DNA of 64,000 bases from Hormiphora californensis (Eukaryota > Animalia > Ctenophora), in contig CM035362.1 of the NCBI GenBank assembly GCA_020137815.1, forward strand, positions 5,704,001-5,768,000, given 5' to 3'. A program made the translations under genes and the position numbers. This document shows positions 1 through 13,596 of this stretch, one piece after another (the first letter of the stretch is position 1; each line of letters begins with the position of its first letter). The notes below the pieces were generated by a model. The model was not told the origin of the DNA, searched no databases, and saw only the letters and a program-made list of their open reading frames with translations.

Positions 1-314
1 TCGAAAAAGTTTATGTACATTGAAACATGTATATGTATGTCACAGTTTATGTCACATGTTAGGCGAGTCAGAGATGTATATATCATATTGCTCTGCGAAT
101 GATCTCTAGTCTCTTTTGTTATTTTACCGATTATACATCTCTAACATCGCCAACTCGATTTCATACTGTGTGAAAAGTGTCCCCGCAATATCTTGCGTCG
201 TGTGTGTTAAGAACATAAATGAGAACTGAGATTAAAAGCATGTTAAACATGTTAAACAATTTAACATGTTAAACATGTTAAACACTAACATGTACTAACA
301 TGTTAAGCAATGTT

Positions 315-2500
315 TCAGGATCCACCCGACTTGGTACTTCCCGTGCTGCTCGATTTGGAACGGGGTTCCGCTGAGGAATCATCGTTTTCACTGCCTAGAA
401 AGAGAGAGTGATATTAGGGGGAGAGAGGGAGAGAGGGCGGTATTAGGACCGTCAGATATAATGTGTGTGTTTTAGTGTAAGTAAGTCATTGGCATAATAA
501 TTAATTATATGTCCCGTATATGTATTCAGCCCTAAAAAAGTTTATCGGCCAAAATCAGAGTACAGATTGACTTTTTTAGGGCTGGACACAGTATTGCTCA
601 GGAACCGACCGAATCAAGAAATACTGGTCCTTGATTGGCTGATAACCAGTCACGTGACCTAAATAACGAGTTCTGATTGGTTGTTTACTTGTATCGGTCG
701 ATTCCTGGTATTCCAGTACTTACTTCCACTTCCTTGGTTGACCATCTTCAAGATGAGGGGAAGATACGCGAGGAGATCAGACGAATTTTCCATCATCAGC
801 CCAGAGAACTTGTGGTACAGCTTCTTATTACTGCTCTTTAGACTTTGTAACACGCTCTTCATCATGACGATCTTCTCGATGACTTCCCTGGCTCCCTCCC
901 CATTTCCCCCGCTCCTCCGAGCACTGCTACCTCCACTCCTCGTCTCCAAATGGTCCGTCTTCTGGCTCTTGTCCGAGTCATTGCCGGGGTTTGGAATCTG
1001 GGGATTGTCGTTACTCGACGTGGAGGGAGGGGACGGGGTGAGGGAGTTGGTTGTTGCGGTGTTGTTACTGTTACAACTCGATCGGTTACCACCAGATCCC
1101 GTACTACTGCCACTCGCGAAGAAATCAAACATGCTGCTCGTGTCAGAACACGTCCGAGTATTGGTGTCCTTATCGGAGAGGGTCAGGGAGGAACCACAGT
1201 TGCTGCTTGAACCCATGGTTGTGTTGAGGGTGTATGTGGTGGGAGTGGTATCCGGATTACTTGGGATCCCTACTCCTCCACTTGGCAACATGCCAGCCAC
1301 TGGGACAAACTTTCGGGAAGTAGAGTTCTTGAAGCAAAACTCAAACGCAGACTTCACTTGCACAACCGCGGTAGTTGATGGTTTTTCTGATGTAGATGGG
1401 ATATCGGGAGACCTCTCTTCTTCTTCTTCCTCCTCTTCCTGCTGATTCGTATCTGTGGAACTGATCAGGTATGGAGCGGGGGCACCGGTGATACCCTTTT
1501 TTAGCATGTTCTTCTTCTGCTTTTGGCTCCACATCTTCTTCACATCGACAATGTAAAGATCATCAGTCTTGTAGTCCTCGTAACCGACAGGCCAGATGTA
1601 TGTCTCACTATACTTGACGCCATGTTCCGTCCTCATGGGGTACCCTCGGGCCTGGACGAGGAGATAACTGTCTCCATCATAGAGTCGGAAAGTACAGGAA
1701 AAGAACCCGTTACGCTTCGTCTGGGACTCCATTTGGTCCAGAACGGGCAAGTCATCAGGGTGGAGAAGTGCGAGAAGAGATACCGGAGAACCCCGGAGGG
1801 GACTTAAGGCATCTTCCAGCAGCATATCCAGCCAGGAATGTGACTTGATGATCTCACATTCCCGGTTAATCCAGATCTCGAAACCGGTGTTGAACATGAA
1901 TGGATCACGGACAACGTCTCGACGGTCCGGTATCAGACCATATCCCATGAAGATCTTGGTGTTACCAGTGTTGGCTAGCGTCAGCACTCGTCCCTTGAGC
2001 AGCATGGTGGTGGGCTGCTTGTTTTTCTTCGTGTACTTCAACCTCATCTCTATAGTCCGCAACTCATCCCGGAACACCTTGTAAAGGATCTCGGTGGTAT
2101 TCAGGCAGATCTGGTTGAGAAAGGACCCAATGTAGGCCATGTTGAATGGTAATGGGTGGTCCGTTAACCGACTGGTGATGTGCAAAACCCGGCCATTCTC
2201 GTCGAACACCAGCCCAATGTAGTTGCCAGCCTCGAAGAATAGATCTGATGGGAAACCATTCTGGTCGGAAGCGAAGGAATCACAAAACTTGTCCAGTTTA
2301 AGGATGGATACGGCAGTGGAGAGACACTTGTTGATGGATAACTTCTTGAAACCCATAACTCTGCTCATTTCTGCCATGTAGTTCTTGAATTTGTCCCGGT
2401 TGCATTTCGATCGTTTCTTCTCTGTGTCCTTCCTAAATCGTTCAATTCGAATTGGAGGACCGTGGTGAATGCCAGATGATGTTGGTGGGGAAGAGCTCAT
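315..2500 (-). CDS. Divergent bHLH-PAS transcription factor, copy 1 (2 exons: 724-2500 and 315-394; ~618 aa)
   Basis: bHLH-like N-terminus (EKKRSKCNRDKFKNYMAEM...KLSINKCLSTAVSILK). PAS-A-like segment (LFFEAGNYIGLVFDENGRVLHITS) and PAS-B-like segment (LLHPDDLPVL...FRLYDGDSYLLVQARG), then a Ser/Thr-rich tail. The ORF-track end (RNRPIQ...) is read-through into a MITE. A GTAAGT donor at 723 splices in phase to a pyrimidine-rich acceptor at 395, giving SSENDDSSAEPRSKSSSTGSTKSGGS*. Confidence 0.8.
599..706. mobile_element. ~108-bp hAT-like MITE family (representative copy; ~16 full or partial copies in window)
   Basis: 15-bp TIR caggaaccgaccgaa/ttcggtcggttcctg. Exact 8-bp TSDs at 12131-12239 (gtgtatat), 37333-37441 (ctctgcac) and 48152-48260 (ataaaaac). 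Other copies near 5928, 10768, 13120, 13763, 15147, 17479, 27328, 28439, 29042, 29496, 48901 and 49278. Confidence 0.9.
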
Positions 2501-2537
2501 GTTCTGTTCTCGGTGTATGTCATTCTTGTATATAATA

Positions 2538-3000
2538 GGGGTTGCCTAGTAACAGTGTGGTTTGGTTAGTTGGGGGTTGCCTAGTAACAGTGTGGTTTGG
2601 TTAGTTGGGGGTTGCCTAGTAACAGGGTGGTTTGGTTAGTTGGGAGTTGCCTAGTAACAGAATGGTTTGGTTGGTTGGGGGTTGCCTAGTAACAGGGTGG
2701 TTTGGTTAGTTGGGGTTGCCTAGTAACAGTGTGGTTTGGTTAGTTGGGGTTGCCTAGTAACAGTGTGGTTTGGTTAGTTGGGGGTTGCCTAGTAACAGTG
2801 TGGTTTGGTTAGTTGGGGGTTGCCTAGTAACAGTGTGGTTTGGTTAGTTGGGGTTGCCTAGTAACAGGGTGGTTTGGTTAGTTGGGAGTTGCCTAGTAAC
2901 AGAATGGTTTGGTTGGTTGGGGGTTGCCTAGTAACAGGGTGGTTTGGTTAGTGGGGGGTTGCCTAGTAACAGTGTGGTTTGGTTGGGGTGCCCTAGACAG
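2538..3000 (-). repeat. ~35-bp minisatellite immediately upstream of bHLH-PAS copy 1
   Basis: About 13 units of gggggttgcctagtaacagtgtggtttggttagtt, decaying into garbled sequence up to ~3290. Confidence 0.95.
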
Positions 3001-6000
3001 GGGGGTTTGGTTAATTGGGGGGCCAGCTTAAGTTGGGTTTGGGTATTGGGGTTGCCTAGTAACTTAGGTTTGGTTGTTGGGGGTTGCATGGAAGTGGGGC
3101 CTTGGTTGGTAGGGGGGCTTGGGGGTGTGGGCCCTGATTAGAGTGGGGGCTTGGATGGAGTGGGGCATAGATTGGGGGGGTCCTAGACATGGGTGGGGTT
3201 AGTTGGTGGCCATTGGACAGGGGTTGGGTAGTTAGGGTTGCCTAGTGAGCAGGGCTTGGTTAGTGGGGGCCATAGGCTTAGGGTGGTTGCACTAAGTCAA
3301 GATCAACTTTGAAATGGCCTGGCCTCCAAATGCAAAATTTGTGATAATATTGTACAACTTGAACAATTTCAACAAGGTCGTCAGTCAGTTAGTACCGTAA
3401 CAAGGGCACCCATGATACAGTGCGGTGCTGAATGGCTGGTTGCACCCTCAGCGGCATCATAATGATTGGAGTGGGGCCACTGGGGCACTTCCAAGATGGC
3501 ATTTAGGTGTTTTGAATCAAATTAAGCTAATAGAACGAAAGTTTCGACACACAAATGTCCAGTCAGATCAGTGTCCAATCGTTCAATAACAATTATTGGG
3601 TACACCCGGTCTGAAATATGATCGTAGCTAGGTCAGTGCTCTGATAGCTCAGCCCACTCCGACGGTGCAACCTGCAACCAGCCCTTCAAGGTTGGCACAG
3701 CACAGTTGTTATATGTACAGTGTACATATTACAACAGCTGTACTGTGCATTGTACACATTAGGGAACAAGTAAGGTTGAGATAGCGAAATAAAAGGCACA
3801 TGGTATACCCCTTGATTACAGAACAGAATAGGAAATAGAAGTTCCACCGATATAACGAAAATACAGGAATGGGAGCCATTTAAAGATTGAAGTGATTGAA
3901 GCAAATATATTTATAAACCCTGTCAGGGAATTGCCTGACCATATATGGTCAGTCAATTCCCTGACAGGGTTTATCACATGATGGCGTGGGGGTGACAGAT
4001 ATATAGTAACTTGTTTTGTTCAAACTTTTTTGAACAAGGCAAATAGGAACGCTGATCAACAACAACAAAAAAACTGAATATTCAATATTAACCTTTTTTT
4101 TCCTTTTTTTTTCGGCCGTCAGCGCGAAATAAAAAGTTAATATTCAGTGATCTTTAAACTTATGCCAGAATAATTAAATATGATGTTAGAGAGAGAGTTA
4201 GATAAGATATGTATTATGCGTGTAGTAGACGTGACCGGGTATCAGGAGAGAGAGAGAGAGGCTGTACTGGGATTATTAATAGAGAGAGAATGCGCGGCAA
4301 AAATATATCGCTAGCGCGCAACATTCTCCTCAGAAGGATGTCGCAGCGCCCTACAACTAAAATGTAGTGCCCAAACATAGGAAGGAAAGCACGTACACAC
4401 AGATAAAACACAAAACTACACACGCTATCAGGACTGTGAAATCGAAGCTTACATGGTTGACCAGGCTTAGGATATAGTAAAGCAAAGTCTTATAAGTAGG
4501 TCTTAATTAATTGTAGTTGGAATTATAATTAATTATTTGTAATTATCGACTAATTACGTACTAGATCTATTGAAATAACAATAATACAAGCTAGAACGGG
4601 AAAGGAGAGATTATAGTTAGGGAGGGAAAACAGGGAGGGAGCCCGGAGCCGGACAGCGAGAGGAATTGGAGAGAGAAGTGAGTGAGAGAAAGAAAGATGC
4701 AGAAATAGAGATAGAGACAGAGAGGCCAGAGGGGATTAGATTTAAAAAAAAAACTTTGCACAATAAAATTATGTAAAACTAGATAAATGGATAATATAGA
4801 GCGTATGCAACAAATAAACCATCTTTATTCTAGTGGGTTTGGGATTTCTCGCGGTGGTGGGAGAGAGTTAGTTTCAGACATTGAAAACAAGGGAAACAAA
4901 GAATTCCCACTGAATTGTACCACGGGCGGAGTTGCCTCATCTTTGTTTTAAACATTATGCAACACTCGATCGTCGTCATGTCACACTAATCTAAACACAT
5001 GTGTCACCTAATCCTAACACTAGTCTAAACTAGTCTAAACTAGTCTAAACAATTACGGGTTAAGAATTTTAACACCATAATACCCTAACCAATGTGACGT
5101 GGAGTGATAATAATAGAGGTCGGCTGTCGATCTATGAAGGGGCAGCATAGTGGGCGGAATGATGGGAGGTGCAAAACACACACACACACACACACCCTAA
5201 CCAATACCATCAGGACCATTGGTACGGTATCGAAAATTTCTAATTCTGTGTGGTATCCGGTACAATTACATGTATACTTGTATACTCACACAACCGCAAA
5301 TTATTTCATACCAGGGCCAATTAAATTATGTGTACAAGTACTCACCAGATCTGCTGCAATATAACAATCATACAAGCTAGAATGGGAAAGGAGGGGTTAA
5401 AAGATTAGTTATAGAGGGAAAACAGCGAGGGAAAAACAGGGAGGGAGCTGGACAGGGGGAGAAATTGGAGATTGGGAAAGGAGGGGTTAACTGATATGAA
5501 TTGATAATACAAATAATGTATCGCTTAATTGACTATTCTTGAGTCTCATGATCGATAATAGTTCTTGTGTTTATTGGACAAGTTAGACTCGCTGGATATT
5601 ATTGGATGAAACCAGATATTTCGGTGTTTAACACAGTAGCTAAAATTAATTAGCCCAAACTGTTAAACACTACTTTAAACAAATTAATTTGAGTTACTGA
5701 TGATGGTGTTAAACACCGAAATATCTGGTTTCATCCAATAATATCCAGCGAATTTATAATAATAAAGGTCTTTGTAAATCTCAATAACATGGGAATGAAA
5801 TGAAAGGGGGTAACAAGGAATGCTATAAAATCACATTTTTTGTACAGTTCAGTCATTATCCCGAATAAGGCAACATACAATATATTATTGGCCGTGATTC
5901 TAGGTTGGCAGTCGGTACGGTGGATATCAGGAACCGACCAAATCAGGAAATGCTGGCCCCTGATTGGCTGATAACCAGTCACGTGACCTAAATAACGAGT

Positions 6001-6179
6001 TCTGATTGGTTGTTTACTTGTTTCGGTCGGTACGGTGGATATAATAGTCGTGTCCTCAAGATGCAGGCAGAGTCAAAAGACTGTCATATTTGAAAGCATA
6101 AACGACTTAATGAATTAAAAGTAACAAATAAGGCTTTGTCAACTGTCAAATGGCGCAAGTGTGCTTCGAAGAGATAGAG

Positions 6180-6320
<141 letters not shown>

Positions 6321-7384
6321 GAATGACTTGTCGGTCGATGCGGGTGGTCTCTCTGACGTTAATAGTTACCTAGTTTTACAATTTGCAATTCCCCTGCTTT
6401 TATACGTACTATGGTGGTTATGTTAATGGCCACCCCTGGCCCTCATATATTTTAACTGTTTTGTGTAATTGTCTTCTTTTTTCTACTTCTTAAAGGTTGA
6501 CAAGATTCCTAAAACTTTTCTTCTATCTTATTTTTTCGGATTTTTCAGGAGTTTTAAGCATTTTTTGAGATTTTTTGTCGTGTAGAAAAATATTCAAAAC
6601 AGGGCGCTTTCCAGCGCCACGCCACACTTGTTTAAACATTTGGCTGCTGAAAAAGTAAAGCGTGGCTGAAATCTACACTGGAAGAAAACTTTTCGGCTAT
6701 CATATTTTTTCGATTTATCATTAATGTTAAGCATTTTTTCAGAATTTTTTATCGGCTAGAAATATGTGCTACATAGTATAGGGGGTTTACTTGTTATCGG
6801 GATTATATGTTCCTAACCCCCCTTCTAACCCCCTTTGTATTTTCATATACGGTATCCCGAAATAAGTGGTGCAGTGGTGCTGGTTACGATGACTCATCTT
6901 CCTCCCTGACGTCAACTGGCCTGCCTTCTTTGTTATGACTTCTCTAGGAGGAGTAGGCAGCACGAGAGAGAGAGGGTTGACGTTGCATAACAAGGGTTGT
7001 TATGTCTATACTCCATTTTTTTTCAACTGTTCACCCCCCAAAGTCGTGCACGGAATTGTTTTGCGCGTTTATCACATGTTAACGTGTAGCGCGCGCAGCG
7101 TAAATTAAAATATCGCACGCACACGAGTTGAGGGGTGAACAGTTGAATAAAAATGGACTTTACAGACGTGGCGATAGAATGGGAAGAGACACATGCTTGA
7201 CCGCGACCAGTCCTGTGCTGATCAAGGAGGTGTCAGGTGTCTTCCATAATTATTCGGGACGATCATGGTCGTCCAGAGAGTATATTTAGGAGGAGCTAAA
7301 ACTGAATGAGACACTTCTTGTCGGTTGTCCAACCGCCTAGCAACCAATCGATCAGCTGCAACAAACCGACCACCAACCAACCCC

Positions 7385-8442
7385 ACCTGCTTCTACCTGC
7401 TGATCTACTCTACCTGCTGATCTACTCTACCTGCTGATATATTATACCTGCTGATTTACTCTACCTGCTGATATATTATACCTGCTGATTTACTCTACCC
7501 GCTGATCTACCATACCTGCTGATTTACTCTACCTGCTGATTTACTCTACCTGCTGATTTACTCTACCCGCTGATCTACTCTACCTGCTGATCTACTCTAC
7601 CTGCTGGTCTACTCTACCTGCTGGTCTACTGCTGATTTACTATACCTGCTGATTTACTATACCTGCTGATTTACTCTACCTGCTGATCTACTATACCTGC
7701 TGATTTACTCTACCTGCTGATCTACCATACCTGCTGATTTACTCTACCTGCTGATTTACTCTACCTGCTGATTTACTCTACCCGCTGATCTACTCTACCT
7801 GCTGATCTACTCTACCTGCTGGTCTACTCTACCTGCTGGTCTACTCTACCTGCTGCTTTACTATACCTGCTGATCTACTCTACCTGCTGATTTACTCTAC
7901 CTGCTGATTTACTATACCTGCTGATCTACTATACCTGCTGATTTACTATACCTGCTGATTTACTCTATCTGCTGATCTACTCTACTTGCTGATCTACTAT
8001 ACCTGCTGATCTACTAGACCTGCTGACCTACTCTACCTGCTTCTACCTGCTGATCTACTCTACCTGCTGATTTACTATACCTGCTGATCTATTCTACCTG
8101 CTGATTTACTATACCTGCTGATCTATTCTACCTGCTGATTTACTGCTGATCTACTCTACCTGCTGATTTACTCTACCTGCTGATCTACTATACCTGCTGA
8201 TCTACTGCTGATTTACTATACCTGCTGATTTACTATACCTGATTTACTATACCTGCTGATTTACTATACCTGCTGATTTACTATACCTGCTGATCTACTC
8301 TACCTGCTGATCTACTCTACCTGCTGATTTACTCTACCTGCTGATCTACTCTACCTGCTGATTTACTATACCTGCTGATTTATTATACCTGCTGATTTAC
8401 TATACCTGCTGATTTACTATACCTGATTTACTATACCTGCTG
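7385..8442. repeat. 17-bp minisatellite
   Basis: About 60 units of tacctgctgat(c/t)tact(c/a). Confidence 0.95.
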
Positions 8443-8443
8443 C

Positions 8444-9140
8444 GGTGATGAACTACTCGTACACTCGGAGCAACCCAACCCTTGGTATGTAGAGTTTGTA
8501 CTTTGTAGATATATGAGGTACTAGGTAGAATATGAGTGATAAGAGCAGATATGATTAACCGATTGTCGTGACATTAGAAGTGGTTTATTACCGTTCTGAC
8601 CCCTTTAACGGGGGACTAATTAATGCATTCTGAACTAGTACCATAAGAGCTAGGAAGCCAACTGTCGGCTTGAGGGGGTAGAGTACGTGCTGAGACACGT
8701 GCAGTTAGCCTTATAACTGAAACACCTCTTTCAGGCAGCTGGAACCTCTGTTGGAGGCTATGCCTAGAAGCATCCACCCCTTCCACTGTTGAGGCGCAGA
8801 CCCAGATCTCCGACACCCCGCCAAGGACGAGGACGAGGACCTGGGACACGAGCCACCTGTCTCCAACCTACGACCCGGCTCACCCCACCTGTCAATGCGA
8901 CGGGTGGGGGAGCGGGAGACGGGGGAGGAGACCCCACCAGCGATCACCTGCACCCCGAGCACATCTGAACACGAGGAGGAGACCGGTCGGTAACTCCTCC
9001 GACTCCTGATCCTGACCCATCCCCAGTGAAGGTGCAGGAGTACCCTTCGCTGGGGATGGTGGTTAGGAAAAGGCCGGCCCCGCCCCCTGAGTATGTCAGG
9101 GTGGTGGAGGCGACCCCAACCGTGATATGGAGCCGATAGT
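8444..9140 (+). other. Possible terminal exons of an unidentified, error-containing or decayed gene
   Basis: 8447-8484 (DELLVHSEQPNP, GTATGT donor) splices in phase to tttcag|g near 8735 (WQLEPLLEAMPRSIHPFHC). GC-rich Pro/Glu-coding-like sequence follows to ~9140 but needs a stop read-through and a frameshift. No family recognised. Confidence 0.25.
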
Positions 9141-10386
9141 AGGATATCTATGAACCGTCTTGACCCAGGGTCTTACAGGAGAGTTCAGAGGGACAATTAT
9201 ACAACAAACAGTTATCTGATCACCCAACTGTCAGAGGAGAGTTCAGAGTGTCGGGGTTATGACTACGTGTGATGAACATGGACATTATATGTGTTAGGGT
9301 TAGGGAACGGTCACAGGACCGTCTCCCTTGAGTTATATTAGTGGTAGCGTTTATTATGGATTACGATAGTTTCTATTCTACTTTTGTCTTTGTATATAGT
9401 TTGTCGTATTCGTACCACATTTTACCCTAAAATGGTTCATATCGGTCATGGTCGGTCACGGTGGTCACAACTTCAATAACATACTGATAAAATTTATCAT
9501 TAAAGTCCGTTTCAAGCGACTTGACCCCTAATTCTTGGAATTTGGCGCATTGTGCACGTATTTACAAAGGGGAAATCCTGAATTTCCAGGAATCTCAGGT
9601 CAAGTCGTTTGAAACGCACTTTAATGAGAGGCACAATTTAAAAATTGATACCGTAATATCTCTGGTTCCTGATGAGATACAGAAACCGTTTTGCCTTTTG
9701 ATAGCGTTGGTAAGGTCTTATTAAGACCAATCCAACGCAACCAACTACCAAGATCATGCCGTTAAAATTTGAGGAACCGGAAACGTGAATTTCGATTTGG
9801 AGACGCTAGTGAGTGTGCCCAGTAAACCCATTGGGTATGATATCCCCTCTTCTTCTATCCCTCCTTCAGCCTGCGCTGTCCTCTCTCAGCATCCAAAAAG
9901 CATGCATTGTTAGTTTTGGACGGTTTGTTGGTTAGCAGCAGTTTTTCGTTTTTTTTTGTTCGGGATTTGAACCGTTGTGGTCATATCTTATTAGGTTGCT
10001 TGTGTTTTATTGTTTGTCCATAGTTTGTCAGTAAGTGAAAAATAAGTAAAAAGTAAGTAAAAATAAGTAAAGAAGGAGTTTCTTCTGTTGTCTGCTCTGG
10101 TGGTACATGATATACCTAACACAATGGGGGAGAGTTGTAAAAGGATGGAGAGGGAAAGAGGGGGTTTATTATAGGGGCCAGGGGGTTAGTGGTTACTAGG
10201 GGGTTACTAGGGGGTTACTAGGGAGGAGTTACTAGGGAGGGGTTACTGGGGAGGGGCTACTAGGAGGAAGTTAGTAGGAGGGTCTAATATACCAAAAGGG
10301 GTAATTTTGGAGCTACAAAAAAACAATGAAACAACTCGATCCCTGAAAAAGTAAATTTAAACCATTACAAATCTCCCTCTTTATAA

Positions 10387-10630
10387 ACGTTTTTTAAGTT
10401 TTCTCCACTCACTCACTCACTCACTCACTCACTCACTCACTCACTCACTCACTCACTCACTCACTCACTCACTCACTCACTCACTCACTCACTCACTCAC
10501 TCACTCACTCACTCACTCACTCACTCACTCACTCACTCACTCACTCACTCAATCACTCACTCACTCACTCACTCACTCACTCACTCACTCACTCACTCAC
10601 TCACTCACTCACTCACTCACTCACTCACTC
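10387..10630. repeat. (TCAC)n microsatellite
   Basis: About 60 near-perfect tetranucleotide units. Confidence 0.98.
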
Positions 10631-11039
10631 TACACTCACCTCTATCACATATGTATTAACATAACTCGAGTAGGCATTCAAATAATATAACGAAACTCAT
10701 GGAACGGACGCCTAGAAAACATTTTCTTCTAGACCGATACATTTCGATCGAGGAATGATATTATATCCAAGAACCGACCGAAACAAGTAAACCAATCAGA
10801 ACTCGTTATTTAGGTCACGTGACTGGTTATCAGCCAATCAGGGACCAGTATTTCCTGATTCGGTTGGTTCCTGATTATATATCCGTGCCACAAGTAATCG
10901 CTAAAAGTGTATTTACGACTATTTATAAGAGATTTCTAAAAAGCATTTCTTGCTATAATACACAGCTGTAGTTGATAAAATTAATCACGAGTTTTCTTCT
11001 CATTACATATAAAATCCCGGTAGAAAATATAAAGTTAAA

Positions 11040-11220
11040 ACTTATATAATATCGTGTCAATAGAAAAATATAAAGCTAACTTATATAATATCGTGTCAAT
11101 AGAAAAATATAAAGCTAACTTATATCGTGTCAATAGAAAAATATAAAGCTAACTTATATAATATCGTGTCAATAGAAAAATATAAAGCTAACTTATATAA
11201 TATCGTGTCAATAGAAAAAT
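11040..11220. repeat. ~39-bp tandem repeat, ~5 copies
   Basis: Units of aacttatataatatcgtgtcaatagaaaaatataaagct downstream of the GPR180 stop. Confidence 0.9.
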
Positions 11221-11517
11221 AAAGAACCAGATTATATCAGGTGTAGATAGAAAAATTTATTCTTAAAAAATCGTCAGGGGGTTGAAAATGTATAAAAGAA
11301 GAAAAAATCCTATAAATTACTTCGCTAGTATAACTTCAAAGTAAACCTATTACCACAACTCTACCCTTTCCAGATTGTAATAATACTGCACTTCACAGTA
11401 CATACATGATATCTACCCAAAATAATCATCAAATCTACCCAAATACATTAAATCTCCTAGAAATATATAATAACACCTACTACCAAGTTATAAACCTACT
11501 ATTTCCCAATTTCCTCT

Positions 11518-13538
11518 CTAATGTCTTTTCGTCAGCTTATTGTTATCCATATACCCGCCAAACATTGGAGAACTAGCCTGCTGCTGTTGCTCTCCCTTGG
11601 CAGCGAAGGTCCTCTCAGCGAAGGGCAGGGAGGTAGCTGAGAGTGAGGAGACCTCCCAAAAGAGACTTCGTCTGATAAACAGGTTGGCCATCTGACCGAG
11701 GGCGCAGCATCGGAGGAATTGGCTGAGAGCCAGGAACACTTTGAGGCGGTTGTGTTCCGCCATGAACAGGACGATTAGTTGGGTGATTGGGTAGGAGAGG
11801 AACCACAGTAGAATTATCTGAGGGGGAGAGAGAGAGAGATGAGGTTAATAATGAGACAGGATATACATTCATTGTGGTATGTAGTAGGGTGGTTCCCTTC
11901 GTGGGGTGACGCTGCTATCGGTGGTAGCCTACCACCGTACTAACTACTACCACTAGGGAGAAGAGGTGAAATCCAGGATATGGTTGAAATTTTTTAGGGC
12001 TGCACCCGCCCCCCCCCTCCTTAACTTAATGTATGTACAACGCCGGACTCCCCCCCTGATTTAACAGGGGCTGCTCAAAGTAAGGGTTATCTGGTCCGAG
12101 CAAAAATAGAACTATCAGAGAGGTGTATATCAGGAACCGACCGAAACAAGTAAACAACCAATCAGAACTCGTTATTTAGGTCACGTGAATGGTTATCAGC
12201 CAATCAGGGACCAGTATTTCCGGATTCGGTCGGTTCTTGGTGTATATCATAGGGAAATATATTAATAGAATACTCTCACACGAAGGGTAAAGCCGTAAAA
12301 AGGGGGGATTAAAGGCTCTAGGGTGGGGGTTAAAATTAGCAGACACCCCACGGTGACCCCCCCCCCCCCCCCCCCCCCGATGGTGATCTCAGTTCTCACA
12401 GCGTACTGCAGTTTTTTATATGAACAACTGTGACTGAGAGCTGGCATAGTTCAGCAATTCTAATTTCTAGGAACTTGTAATACCAAGAATTGCAGTCAAA
12501 CCTAATAAGGGATAATCACCAGTTTGTATTGTAAAACATGGGGACCGGTCCAGCTTCAGGTTTTACTTCCAATATCAGATCTAAATGACAAAGCTTAAAC
12601 TAGAATTGAGTACCAGTACCAGTACCACATTTAGATCCAGTCTGCGTTAGATTTTGAATTTAAATTCTAAAGGACGTTTTTGTCAATCTAGATGAGCAAA
12701 AGAAATTACTTTTTAACATTCAAATCTCTCTTTCTAAATCCCACAACTGTCATTACCATAACAGCATGGCCTTTATCATTGAGCTGGGACTACCGAGTAC
12801 CGACGACCGAGAAAATTTCTAAAAATTTCTAAAAATAATGTTACCAGTTCAATTTCAGGGTTTACTTCCAATCTCAAAACTAGCACTGCGTCCCAGTACC
12901 AGTATTAGACATTTAGACTGTCTGCGTTAGATTTATAAACAGGTTCAGATCGCCCAAAACATACAAACATGTATGTATTAAGAGACAGTTCACATCAGCC
13001 CTGTACTAAATTTGTAACACGACGCATTCTAAATAAGAAGTGGTGTGTAAAGTAAACAAACACACACGGACCTGTGTGATATATACCACTACGATATAAT
13101 GAGCCCAGTATGACCCCAGCAAGAACCGACCGAAACAAGTAAACAACCAATCAGAACTCGTTATTTAGCTCACGTGACTGGTTATCAGCCAATCAGGGAC
13201 CAGTATTTCATATACCACTACGATATGACCCCAGTATGACCCTAGAGTGTAGATAAATAAACTTCTGGTCCAGCCACGAGATAACCACTCTAACTTTCGA
13301 GATTTTTGAGATTCCTTTTTTTACAAAAAAAGATTTATCAGATTTATGAGGCACCGTTGCCTCATGATTTTCGTTGCCTGGCAACGAGGGGTGACTTTGT
13401 AACCAACCCCAAGTTTGAGATTTACAAAAGTATGTCATTTACGAAAGAAGAGCTATCCGGTTTACAAGTTTTGGTTTGGTTGTCATTATACCAAATAGGG
13501 AGCAAAGCTACTGAGTGCAAATATACTGAGACAGAGGG

Positions 13539-13596
<58 letters not shown>

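Noticed and set aside
659-723. ORF-track C-terminus of bHLH-PAS copy 1 (KYWNTRNRPIQVNNQSELVI)
   Set aside because: Read-through past a GTAAGT donor into MITE sequence.
681-1445. Antisense ORFs over bHLH-PAS and the retrotransposon (e.g. 681-1445, 39396-40067)
   Set aside because: Shadow frames of real coding sequence with no motifs.
2538-3000. CRISPR-like 35-bp repeats (also 18013-18400)
   Set aside because: Head-to-tail units with no unique spacers, no cas genes, and a eukaryotic context.
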